This document shows, one piece after another, positions 34,122-44,419 of a DNA stretch of 64,000 bases. Origin of the DNA: Pachysolen tannophilus NRRL Y-2460. Its lineage: Eukaryota. The notes beneath the pieces were generated by a model. It saw only the letters and a list, made by a program, of their open reading frames with translations. It ran no database searches and was not told the origin of the DNA. The stretch is from assembly GCA_001661245.1 (NCBI GenBank), contig KV454016.1, positions 289,868-353,867 of the forward strand, written 5' to 3'. The position numbers and the translations under genes are program-made. Positions within the stretch are counted from its first letter, which is position 1. Each line of letters begins with the position of its first letter.

Positions 34122-35303
34122 TTCGTTATGATATTCGTTATCAACTTTATTTTCGTGTTGCCATTTATCAAACATTTCTCCAAAGCTAACACGCTCATTC
34201 AATTCCATATCTCTAGGAGAATAGGGAGATAATGGATCTTTCATATCATTTGAAGTAATAGGTGTTGTAACGTTATTATCCAAATTTGGTTCTGGAATGT
34301 AACAACAAGCATTAGTGTTAAAATTAATAAATTTAATTGAAGGATGGTAGCTATCATGATATAAAGCAACCAATTCACTAGCAGTAAAATTTGCAACTTT
34401 TTTCAAATCATTCCATAACTCACCTGATTCTTCATAAATGGTTAGAAATTTAACACCACTTGCCAAACACCAAGTTGAAAGTCTTGCTGTTTCTGTGTAA
34501 ATTCTAACTTTTTCAGCAGCTATATGTGTTTTCTTGGAAGTAAAATATTCAGCTCTTTCTGATAATACTTTAGAGACTAATTTCTTATCAGGAACGGTAA
34601 TTTTTTTATCTGCATTTAAATATGGTTGTGGAATTTCTGGTGGAGTATTCAGATCGTAGTTTAAAAATTTGAAGATAAAAGTGATATGATCAGGAATGGT
34701 ATCCAATTGAGAAACTGAATTAATAATTGAATATTTAGAAGTTGGCACAACATTCACCAAGACCCTTGATGAGACAACATCAGATATATATCCAGGTATA
34801 TCGATTAATCTATATGCCCATTTAACAATACTATTTTTATGATTTGTTACTCTACTTCTCATGGTAATAATTTGTTTATCGTGTAATTCGATATCATCAT
34901 GCATCAAAGCTTGAATAACATTCCAAAAAACTTGATAAATCAAATAATAAACACCAATAATTTTAGCCTTAATTTTGAAAAAACGCTCATAAATATTACA
35001 AAAACAATTGAATATTAGTCTTTTAATATTAAAAGATAAAACTGATGTTGTTGAAGGATTTATATTATCAAGATTAGTAGCTCCTCCACCTAAAATCTCG
35101 CCAAGCGCAATCCCCCTATATTTCAAATCATTTTCATCAAACATATTCAAAGAAACATTCTTGTCCTTCTTGAGATATTCTTCAAAACTAACTTCATTAT
35201 GAAAAGGATCATCATTCAACTGGTCTTGTTCCTGCAATTCCTTTGGCGGGTTAAAAACATCTTCATTAAAAGACTCTTTGAGATCTTCTCTTGCTTCGGC
35301 CAT
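33735..35303 (-). CDS. Divergent Nus1-like cis-prenyltransferase-fold protein
   Basis: IPDHITFIF, LSTWCLASGVKFLTIYEESG, LTVLLLSKKD and DLIL resemble Nus1/NgBR segments. First ATG is at 35303. Confidence 0.55.
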
Positions 35304-35692
35304 AATCCAAATAACCACTAAGCACTAAAAAAACGAAAAAACATAAAAAAAAAAAAAAAAAAGAAATAGAAAACACTTCACCAATAATTGGATAATTAAA
35401 ACAATTAATTATTATTTAAATAACATTTATCCCTTGTTTCTACATGTATTAAACCCAATCTTTTTTATTTCAACTAACCCCCTTTTTTTAACCTCATTTT
35501 AGTCATCGGCGCTTAAATTTTTATTTTTCATTTTTATTTTTACCTTTTTTGATTTTTGAGTGATAAAACACTACCTTTGTTTATTTTAACCATTTAATAT
35601 GATAAATAATACCGAAATTCGTAGTTTTTAAAGTCAAAAGAAGTGAATTGTTTCTTTAATAAAAGTTATTCATATTCAACTGTAATTGAAAA

Positions 35693-36022
35693 ATGAGTGA
35701 TCCGTGCAAATCAGAAGCCTGTGCGATTCAAGGTATGTGGGATTTTTTGTTTTTTTTTACAAATTGTTTTTCATTTTACTGACCACATTTGTATTTTTTC
35801 TTTTTTTTTTCTAAAGATTGTCTCAAACAAAATAACTATAATGAATCAAGATGTACAGTTTTAATTGATCAGTTGTACGCTTGCTGTTCCAAATTCTATG
35901 ATGCTCATCCAGATGTTACAAGCACGACATGTTGTCCGAAATTAAATTTGTTAAATATAAAGATGAAGCAAAGACTACAAGAAAAAGTGGATGCGGAAAT
36001 GATTGCTCACAGAAGCTCATGA
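35693..36022 (+). CDS. CMC4: Mitochondrial Cx9C protein (MTCP1/Cmc4); exons 35693-35732 and 35817-36022
   Basis: Spliced product MSDPCKSEACAIQ|DCLKQNNYNESRCTVLIDQLYACCSKFY...CCPKLNLL. Intron has GTATGT, TACTGAC and AAG. Confidence 0.88.
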
Positions 36023-36805
36023 AGAAAAAATATGTTTCTTACTTACAAGCAAAAGGAAAAAGAATTTTCGAAAATTGTATACAACCAGCATGTTTCTATA
36101 AATAAGACAAAACAGGTTGATACACAAGATTAAAAAGTATATATAATAAATGTTTGTTTAGAACCGCATTGCTTAACTATTTCAAATTAATGAAGTATAA
36201 GCATGACAAAACTAGGCTGGTAAAAACCGATTAAATTCAAATGAATTCAACCGAAATCGATCTAAGACTCACCCGAGCACGAAATTATCAACCGAATAAT
36301 CAATAAAAGATCACATACTTCTAAAATACACATGATCCGTGACTCTAATGGGCGTCTATTGTAAAAGACATTGTATGAAGAAAAAAAAAAAAAAAAAAAG
36401 AAAAAAAAAATTTTTGTTAAAAAAAAAAACAGCGTTTCCACTTATTTTTGTAGTGAAAATTTGGAGCTTGAAAAAAAAAAAAAAAAAAATGGAAAAACAA
36501 AAAAAAAGTTTTTCCGTTTTGGGTATATTTGCATATAACCGCACTACCACAGTAAGTGTGAGATTTATTTAAAGGGAATACAACATTACGAAAGTTGTAT
36601 TGAAATACATATGTCTATATACATAGAAAATGACAAAAAATAATAGTCCAAATGGATTTAAGTGGATTCCAGTGGATACAATTGCTAGTGATATTAGTAA
36701 ACAGTAGTAGCTTCGTTTACATCTTTATTGACGGGCGTACTTGTATCTCGTGGTGTAGGGTGCAGGGTGAAATATGGTATTGCGTTGCGGTACGGTGAAT
36801 AATAT

Positions 36806-37678
36806 CTAATCTTTCTTTTTATCATATTCATGGATATCAGGAACATGTTCTTTTAATTTTGAATCATCTACAACCCAAAAGCTTTGACCTGTAACGTTGC
36901 TTACGGAGTTTTCTACTTTTACATTTTTTTCGAATTGCAGAATTGCAGTATCAACTTCAACTGGATCAATTCCATGATCGATCAACTGTTTCCGTAAAAC
37001 TGCAATATGGAAACTCATTTTCAATTCTCTTTGCATTAATTTCTTTCTTTCTTGTAAAATCTGTAATTCTCTCTTCCTTTGATAATTGTTAAAATTTTGT
37101 TGTAAAAGTTGAATATTTTTCAAATTTTTAATATTATTTTCAAAAATTTCAAGTCTTAACTGCTTTGACATTTGATAATTATCAACTGCAAAATAAATCA
37201 AGGCTAATAATGCCAATCCACTGGCAAGATTTTTCAAAGATGACAGTTGAGAATATTTGGAATTCGAACCAGAAGATGAAAAACCCGAGGAGGAATTATT
37301 AATATTTGAAATAGAATCAGATCGCTGGGTTTGCAGTTGTTGTTCATTTGATTTGGTAGATGCCGATGTTGATGATGTCAAAATATTACCTGTTGACAAT
37401 GAATTTTCTGCTTCATTTTGAATCTCATCAAAGGTCTTTGGTGGCTCACTCAAATTATCAAAATAAGTTGGAGGTCCAGTGTAGGAAGTGTTATTACCAT
37501 TTCCTTTACTGGCAACGCTAGTATCATTGGCACTGACATTTGTATTACCGCTACCTGTATCGCTCTTAACAGCTCCATATTTGAACGTGGGCCTACTACT
37601 ACTCCGTACTCTCGAGGAAAAAGCTCTAGTGGCCTTAATATTTTGTCCTACCAATAGTAGGGTGCGAACTCTTATCAT
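36806..37678 (-). CDS. Uncharacterised probable mitochondrial single-TM coiled-coil protein
   Basis: 290-aa ORF with an Arg/Ser-rich presequence-like N-terminus, one hydrophobic segment (LASGLALLALIYFAV) and a following coiled coil. Confidence 0.7.
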   Translation of the reverse strand: MIRVRTLLLVGQNIKATRAFSSRVRSSSRPTFKYGAVKSDTGSGNTNVSANDTSVASKGNGNNTSYTGPPTYFDNLSEPPKTFDEIQNEAENSLSTGNILTSSTSASTKSNEQQLQTQRSDSISNINNSSSGFSSSGSNSKYSQLSSLKNLASGLALLALIYFAVDNYQMSKQLRLEIFENNIKNLKNIQLLQQNFNNYQRKRELQILQERKKLMQRELKMSFHIAVLRKQLIDHGIDPVEVDTAILQFEKNVKVENSVSNVTGQSFWVVDDSKLKEHVPDIHEYDKKKD

Positions 37679-38292
37679 GATGGATGGTTAATCATACATA
37701 TATTGGGAAAATAGTTTGAATAATTGCAATCTTTTTAATTTTTTCTCTTCTTTTTCTCTTAATAACAAAACTTTTCTTAACTAACAGCAACTTCTTTTTC
37801 TTTTTCTTTGGCCTTTTTTTTTTACCAATGACTTCTCAAACTTGTCTAATCAATGAGAACTACTTTCAATAGTCTTCAAAGTAGAGATGGGCTCTTCGAT
37901 AAAGTGTTACTTATTGTCTATGGACCAATTAGCTCACTTGACTTACTGAATGCACGACTAAAGAATTGCTATAAAATTACCAAACTACAACTACAACTAC
38001 AATGACAAGAAATGAAATGAAAGGAAATGAATAAAGAAATGGTGAGTGATATCTTTTATTGGTCCAATTCAATAACAATTGGTTAATGAATTAAATATGA
38101 AAATAAACCATGGAATCCCCAAACCAAGAAAGCAAAAAAAAATTAAAATTAAAATTAAAATCAACTACGAAAAGAGTAAAAATCAAATTATAATAATAGT
38201 CTACAATGGGTGAATGAATGCCCTTCCTTTTAAAAATCTTTTATTACTAAGTTTGTTTGTTTTTGTTTCTCTTTTTAAGTTTATTTTGAAAC

Positions 38293-38964
38293 TTAATGAC
38301 GTCTTGATTCAGCAATAACTTTGTTCATTTCTTCAACCTTCTTTCTAGCTCTCAAGTGAGTACCTAATCTCTTTTTAGCTAATTTCTTAGCTCTCTTTTC
38401 ACCAGCATTTCTGATCAATTCAATGACACGTCTTTCATATGGAGCTAAACCTGAAACTTCCTTAACAATACTTCTAACAAAAGCAGTTCTCTTTGATAAA
38501 GCACCTTTTCTGTATGAAATTTTAGGAGCAACCTCTTTTGGGGTGGTTTTAAAACCTTTGTTGGAACCAACAGCAATACCTATAATACATTAAAGTTAGT
38601 ATAAAATGTCAATAATCAATAAAAAATAAATCATACAAACACTTGAGACCTGAATTATATTAAAATGAAAAATTAACACGGATAAATCAAACAACTAGAA
38701 ACCAAAAGAACTATTTTTCCCAATAATATTCACCTTGATCTTCTTAAATTACTTCAAACCATATCCTAGTACATTCTTCAGTCTTATAGGGAGGGATAAA
38801 AATCTATCATCCATTTCTTACAAAACGTAATAATAAAATTCTTTTGAAAAAACTTTCTAATCAAACACAATATAATTCAAGTTCAAGTGGATGACAATAA
38901 TACAGATCCTCATCCCCTTGATCCTCTGTTTCCTTATTCAATAATACCTACCTGACTTAGCCAT
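38293..38964 (-). CDS. RPL36: 60S ribosomal protein L36 (eL36); exons 38964-38952 and 38579-38293
   Basis: Spliced 99-aa product [30 protein letters not shown]...[14 protein letters not shown]...ESRRH. The 372-nt intron has GTAGGT, TACTAAC and TAG. Missed by the ORF track. Confidence 0.95.
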
Positions 38965-39077
38965 TTTCACAATTTTATATATACTGATGTATTATTTTAA
39001 ATATTAACTATATAAAATAATTTTATTTTATCAATTAATTATTTCACCCATCATGAAAATTTTAGCTGTCTAAGAAA

Positions 39078-39109
<32 letters not shown>

Positions 39110-39161
39110 AAAAAAAAAAAAAAATTTTTTCGAGCCAAATTGGGGTTGCAAACCCTAAAAA

Positions 39162-39471
39162 NNNNNNNNNNNNNNNNNNNNNNNNNNNNNNNNNNNNNNN
39201 NNNNNNNNNNNNNNNNNNNNNNNNNNNNNNNNNNNNNNNNNNNNNNNNNNNNNNNNNNNNNNNNNNNNNNNNNNNNNNNNNNNNNNNNNNNNNNNNNNNN
39301 NNNNNNNNNNNNNNNNNNNNNNNNNNNNNNNNNNNNNNNNNNNNNNNNNNNNNNNNNNNNNNNNNNNNNNNNNNNNNNNNNNNNNNNNNNNNNNNNNNNN
39401 NNNNNNNNNNNNNNNNNNNNNNNNNNNNNNNNNNNNNNNNNNNNNNNNNNNNNNNNNNNNNNNNNNNNNNN
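39162..39471. other. Scaffold gap (310 N) with near-identical flanks
   Basis: 39048-39161 is repeated almost exactly at 39472-39584. Confidence 0.95.
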
Positions 39472-39502
39472 CCATCATGAAAATTTTAGACTGTCTAAGA
39501 AA

Positions 39503-39534
<32 letters not shown>

Positions 39535-39574
39535 AAAAAAAAAAAAAATTTTTTCGAGCCAAATTGTGGTTGCA

Positions 39575-39716
39575 AACCCTAAAAACATAACAAGCACAAA
39601 GAGACAAACAAACACACATCCGTACACCCAAAACTACGAGAGAAAGACACCTGGGCTAAAACTGCTGGGGCAGGTTGCTGGGCAGGGCTACGGCCTTTTA
39701 AAGCAGCCGCCTAACC
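39575..39716. promoter_or_regulatory. RPL36 upstream element cluster (Rap1-like, Tbf1-like, IFHL-like)
   Basis: AAACCCTAA at ~39575, ACATCCGTACACC at 39616-39628, GGGCTA/AGGGCTA, two copies of TGCTGGGCAGG, and GCCGCCTA at ~39706. Confidence 0.55.
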
Positions 39717-39998
39717 TTAAGAGTCAGCAACAGTAGCAGTAGCAGTAGCAGCAGCAAGAAAAAAACAACATCCAGACACCTGGAAGAAAATGTATTTGAC
39801 ACTGGGGACACTACCGCACTACCACAATACCGCAGAACCGGCATTTTAGTTAGTATTATGACTGTTTCTACTATTAAATGATTGAATAGTTGGTTAGTTG
39901 TATTGTGTTCTACTTATTATTATACTACTATATACAGAGAACTAATGAGGTTAGTTTTGTGTGTTGTTGTTGGATGAAAGCCTAGCCTTGACAAAAAA

Positions 39999-40763
39999 TT
40001 AGATGATTATATTTGAAAAATCAAAGCCTTTTTCTGCCAACCTGTTGGTTATATCCTCGATTGATTTATTTTTGTATTCTTCATTATAATCTTTCCAACT
40101 TAATTTTTCAATATGATCTTGCTGGAGTAATGGGAATAACTCTCTGACAAGAGCTCTTTTCCCAACTTTGAATCTATAGACTTTATCACCAATGGTTACC
40201 TTGTTAAAAATTGTTACTAAATTATTTTCTGAATCTCTAATTTTATGTAAATGTTTCTTTGGTAACAACAGCTTATTTCTTGTTGAAAGTATATCAAACT
40301 TTAATTTCCAACCTGTTGGTCCCAATTCTTTAACTCTAGCAGATTTTTCCTTTGTTATATAATTATCCAATCCACCTTCTTTATTAATTGTTCTCAAGAC
40401 TCTTGCAGTAATTTTCAATTCAACAGCTTTCCCTAAAGTTTCACTCCATAAAGATTTAGAAATAACATTAGGTGACCATTTTCTTCTACTCTTATTTTTA
40501 AATTCTGAAATTTTATTACCAAATTGTAAAAATTGACCACCATAAAGACCTTTATTACTCTGTTTATAATAATGAGATTCACCATATTTGTAATCTGGAT
40601 ATTCTGGAATTTTTTTAGGAATCCTAACATTCCAAGGCTTAACATCTCCAATTTTTAATTCAGGTTGTTTTGCAACTCTTCTTTGAGTTACAAATTTATA
40701 TTGTCTTGCCCAGCTAGATGACGTTGTTGAAAATGATCTTACTAAATTCGTAAATCTATTCAT
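39999..40763 (-). CDS. MRPL24: Mitochondrial ribosomal protein bL28m
   Basis: YKQSNKGLYGG..LQFGNKISE..NKSRRKWSPN and LRTINKEGGLDNY..K.KSARVKELG..GWKL. ATG is at 40763. Confidence 0.93.
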   Translation of the reverse strand: MNRFTNLVRSFSTTSSSWARQYKFVTQRRVAKQPELKIGDVKPWNVRIPKKIPEYPDYKYGESHYYKQSNKGLYGGQFLQFGNKISEFKNKSRRKWSPNVISKSLWSETLGKAVELKITARVLRTINKEGGLDNYITKEKSARVKELGPTGWKLKFDILSTRNKLLLPKKHLHKIRDSENNLVTIFNKVTIGDKVYRFKVGKRALVRELFPLLQQDHIEKLSWKDYNEEYKNKSIEDITNRLAEKGFDFSNIII

Positions 40764-41129
40764 CTTCTCATTCACAATTTTTCAAAAACAAATAATTTGC
40801 AATATAAAAAATTGCTGAAAAAAAATTTACAAAAAAAATAAAAACCAATAAAGTTAAGACCAACTATCGAAGTGAGAACACACAAACCCTACTATAACTT
40901 ATTATTAACTTTATTAACAAATTACTACTGTTGTATTTTACAAACTAAACGGTTTCTCTGTAATGTTGAAAAATTTGGTCATTTTAACAAAAATACAAAA
41001 TGAGAAACTTCACACGACTACTTTTCAACTCTTTATAAACAATAATTCAAGTCAAAAAGAAAAAAAACTGTTCACATAGATTTATATATATATATATATA
41101 TATATATTTATTTATATATTTAGAATTAT

Positions 41130-43292
41130 TTAACGCATCAAATTTCTTAGCTTATTCTTTAACTTATTATGTTCATTGTTCAACGATTCCAGTTCCTTTA
41201 ACGACCTATTGTATTGCAATTCTAATGTTCCTAATTGTTCTTCTAATAATCTGTTTGTTTCCATTACTTCCAAGTTTCTTTGCATAGTTTTTTGAATTTC
41301 AATATTCATATCTTCTTCCGTCTTTGAATCTTTTTCTGCTAATTTTGCTTCTAGCTCACTCAACTTCTCATACAATTCTTTAATTTCTGCTTTTAATTCT
41401 TTATTTTCATCTTCAAGATTTGCAATTTTAACTTTTCCTTGAATCATTTCATTAGCAACTTCAACGTGTTCTTTATTTAATATCGCATAAGAACTTTCTA
41501 ATTTACGAGTTTCTCTTGTCAACAGTCCATTTTTCAATCTTAAAGTTTCCAATTCTTCTTCTCTTTCTTTTTCTAATCTATGTATTTCTTCATATTCTGT
41601 CTCATATTTTTTCAAAGTTATAGGTAAAATATTAATAGCCATAGAATCAGATACTAAATCATCTAATCTATAAGATTCAACAGTAATTTCATTGATTTCA
41701 TTTGAAGTAGAAGGATCCAATAAATAATAATAAAATAATTTATCTTTAAGAAATTCTAATAATTGATCAAATTGTAGTGTTACCAAATAATCTTTATTTT
41801 TAATCATAAAATTAATAGAAAATTTTAATATAGTTTCTAAACCTTCTGCAATGACAGTATCAAAAATTCTTAAAACTATTTCTAATGGGAATTTATAACC
41901 AAATAAAGTTAAAAACCATTGAGTTGCATACATTGATGATCTAACTCCTTGTCTGGATAAATGAGTAAATAATTGAGGACATAAATCTTCTAATAATCTA
42001 TCAAATTGATACAATTTTAAAAGTAAACCAGGCATATCTGGTAAATATAATGATCTAAAATTATAATTATTCATCAAGGTAACCAAGAGACAAAAAGCTT
42101 CACTTTCATTCATATTCATCAACAATGGTACTGCAATAAATGCCATACCTTGAGTATATCCAACTTCAGTATCATGTAAAGAATATGCTTTAACAATATC
42201 AAAAACTTCTTGAATTTTATCTTTCAAATCATTTTCAGTAATAAATCTTGTTCTCATTAAATCTCTTTTAATTGATCTTTCATGATTACTAGTACCAACT
42301 TTTAAATTGCTGAAAACTTGTTCTAATGCAAAAGATTTAGAATTTGCAATTAATTGCCAAACCATACCTCGTAATTCTTTAGGAATACCACTACTTATAT
42401 TTTTAATTAATAATTCAGGTTCATTTTCTGCAACAAATGAATAATCATTAACAACTTTTGACCAAAATTCCCAATCAATATTAATAGATTGAGAATCATA
42501 AGGAATACCATCTCTAATTTCATTAAAAGTAGATTTTATTCTTTTTGCTCCAGTTGTAAATTGTTCTCTATCATTAGCCGATTTTGAATTCAAATCTTCA
42601 GTATTATCATGTAATCTTGATAATAATAAACCATAATTATCCAGCTTTGCATTTGTTTCACTTGCAGTATCATTATATGAAGTTAAATCAGTAACACTTT
42701 CCTTTGATGCATTTGAAGATTTTGTTTTCAAGTTAAACCATGATTTAAAATGTTTCCGTGATTCAGAAGCAAGAGACCTATTACTCCTGGTACTTCCAAC
42801 ACTATCACGTCTTATAGGTAAAGGAGGTGGAGGCACCGATGAAGATGATTCTTCAATCAAAGAATTATTTTCCGCAGAAGTATCAAATTTGTTTTCCTCT
42901 ACCGTTTCATCAGCATCATTATCTTCCTGAGCAAGCTGATATTCATTATCAGACACCTCATTTGAATTTTTTCCAATTTCTGGTTCTAATGAAGAAACTG
43001 CCTCTACTGGAACAGGAACTGGATCTAAAATCAGAAGACCATTTATATTCTTTTCTTCAACTGCTTCACCCGTCACCTCTTGTTCCTCATTTTCTTCCAC
43101 AGGTTCATCATCATCATCAATCTGATCATCAACATCATCATTATGATCATCATCAACATCATCGTCGATTTTTAGATCCTCCAATCCTTTGACTTCTTCT
43201 TTATCAGTAAGTGCCGCATTAGCAGCCTCTTCAATAATATCATCAATTGTTGCATCAGCATCCGCCGATGAGCTTTCAGGTATATCTGACAT
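41130..43292 (-). CDS. GYP5: TBC-domain Rab GTPase-activating protein (Gyp5/Gyl1-like)
   Basis: GIPKELRGMVWQ, IKRDLMRT (Arg finger), VGYTQGM (Gln finger) and YATQWFLTLF; acidic N-terminus and C-terminal coiled coil. Confidence 0.85.
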   Translation of the reverse strand: MSDIPESSSADADATIDDIIEEAANAALTDKEEVKGLEDLKIDDDVDDDHNDDVDDQIDDDDEPVEENEEQEVTGEAVEEKNINGLLILDPVPVPVEAVSSLEPEIGKNSNEVSDNEYQLAQEDNDADETVEENKFDTSAENNSLIEESSSSVPPPPLPIRRDSVGSTRSNRSLASESRKHFKSWFNLKTKSSNASKESVTDLTSYNDTASETNAKLDNYGLLLSRLHDNTEDLNSKSANDREQFTTGAKRIKSTFNEIRDGIPYDSQSINIDWEFWSKVVNDYSFVAENEPELLIKNISSGIPKELRGMVWQLIANSKSFALEQVFSNLKVGTSNHERSIKRDLMRTRFITENDLKDKIQEVFDIVKAYSLHDTEVGYTQGMAFIAVPLLMNMNESEAFCLLVTLMNNYNFRSLYLPDMPGLLLKLYQFDRLLEDLCPQLFTHLSRQGVRSSMYATQWFLTLFGYKFPLEIVLRIFDTVIAEGLETILKFSINFMIKNKDYLVTLQFDQLLEFLKDKLFYYYLLDPSTSNEINEITVESYRLDDLVSDSMAINILPITLKKYETEYEEIHRLEKEREEELETLRLKNGLLTRETRKLESSYAILNKEHVEVANEMIQGKVKIANLEDENKELKAEIKELYEKLSELEAKLAEKDSKTEEDMNIEIQKTMQRNLEVMETNRLLEEQLGTLELQYNRSLKELESLNNEHNKLKNKLRNLMR

Positions 43293-44035
43293 TCCTTATA
43301 GCTCAATTAAAAAAATAAAAATAAAAAAAAAAATGCAAAAAAGTTAATACAGTTAACACAATTAACCGGCAAGACAATATCTATCAATCAATGATGTAAT
43401 AATATATATATATATATATATATAAGATAATATTTAATAATGATATTAAATAATAATAATAATAATAATAGTAATATCTATTTAAAGCAAAGCTTATTCC
43501 AATCTAAGTATAAAATACTTGAAACAATGCTATCTAAAATGAATTGAATTGATTATCTATATTTTTATAAAATAATCATTAATTAAACTGTTTTTGTGTA
43601 AAAAATCAAATACATTTATTTATTTACTAGCTTTAGCGGTTTCCTTTTTCCTATTTTATTTTAGTAGTAAAAAAAATCTCGACCAATTTTTTTGTTCCAT
43701 TAATAAAAAGAACACCAAATTTCATGTAATTAAACGTAAACTTATTAAAATAGAAACACTCAAGCTAGATAATCAATCTGTTATCCATATATCTTGATCA
43801 CTAAACTTTTTTTGTTTTTTTTCTTTTAAATTGAAAAGGCTAGCAAAACTCAAGTTATTACCCAAAAAATACTTTTATTATTTTACGATATTTTGGATTT
43901 TCCCTTACTTTGTCGTTTTGTGTTATTATATTATGCAAACATTTTTCGTTTATTAGTAGTACTTAGGTAAATATACTAAGCAATATGATTTGTTTTTTGT
44001 TGTTTGGGTTTTTTGTCTCCTCTTCTATAAAGATT

Positions 44036-44109
44036 GGTTTCGTGGTCTAGTTGGTTATGGCATCTGCTTAACACGCAGAACGTCCCCAGTTCGATCCTGG
44101 GCGAAATCA
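44036..44109 (+). tRNA. tRNA-Val(AAC)
   Basis: GGTTTCGTGGTCTAGTTGGTTATGGCATCTGCTTAACACGCAGAACGTCCCCAGTTCGATCCTGGGCGAAATCA folds as a cloverleaf with anticodon AAC and is followed by a T-run Pol III terminator. Confidence 0.97.
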
Positions 44110-44419
44110 ATTTTTTTTTGGTTTTTTTTTTTACTTTCAAGTCTAGCTAAGTTCACACAGTAAGTGTGGCTCATAGAATGGCCCTTTGCCGAACTTCGGA
44201 CAAAGTAGAGTCATTTTTTATGGGTCACCAATTGACCTTCTTTTTGCATTTTTTTTGAGTTTTGTTTGCACAACCCGTTATCTGCGTATACGAATACGAA
44301 ATTTCTTATCTCAATATAAAGATCATAAATTTGCCACTTTTTTTTTTACTTTATTTTTATTTTATCTTAATATAATAATATATTTAATACGTAATTCCAT
44401 CAATATTGGGGTTGTAAAA

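Noticed and set aside
36489..36560. Possible ATG followed by a GTAAGT donor (hidden spliced gene)
   Set aside because: No branch point or acceptor giving a credible second exon was found.
37840..37960. Possible H/ACA snoRNA on the minus strand (CTACTTT/AAAGTAG stem, ACA)
   Set aside because: I could not build two convincing hairpins or a guide pocket; a covariance-model search would be needed.
39140..39736. ORFs spanning the N-gap
   Set aside because: Artefacts of Ns and poly-A runs.
44186..44419. Upstream extension of the 564-aa ORF
   Set aside because: It starts at TTG and encodes T-run-derived residues; the ATG at 44420 has good context.
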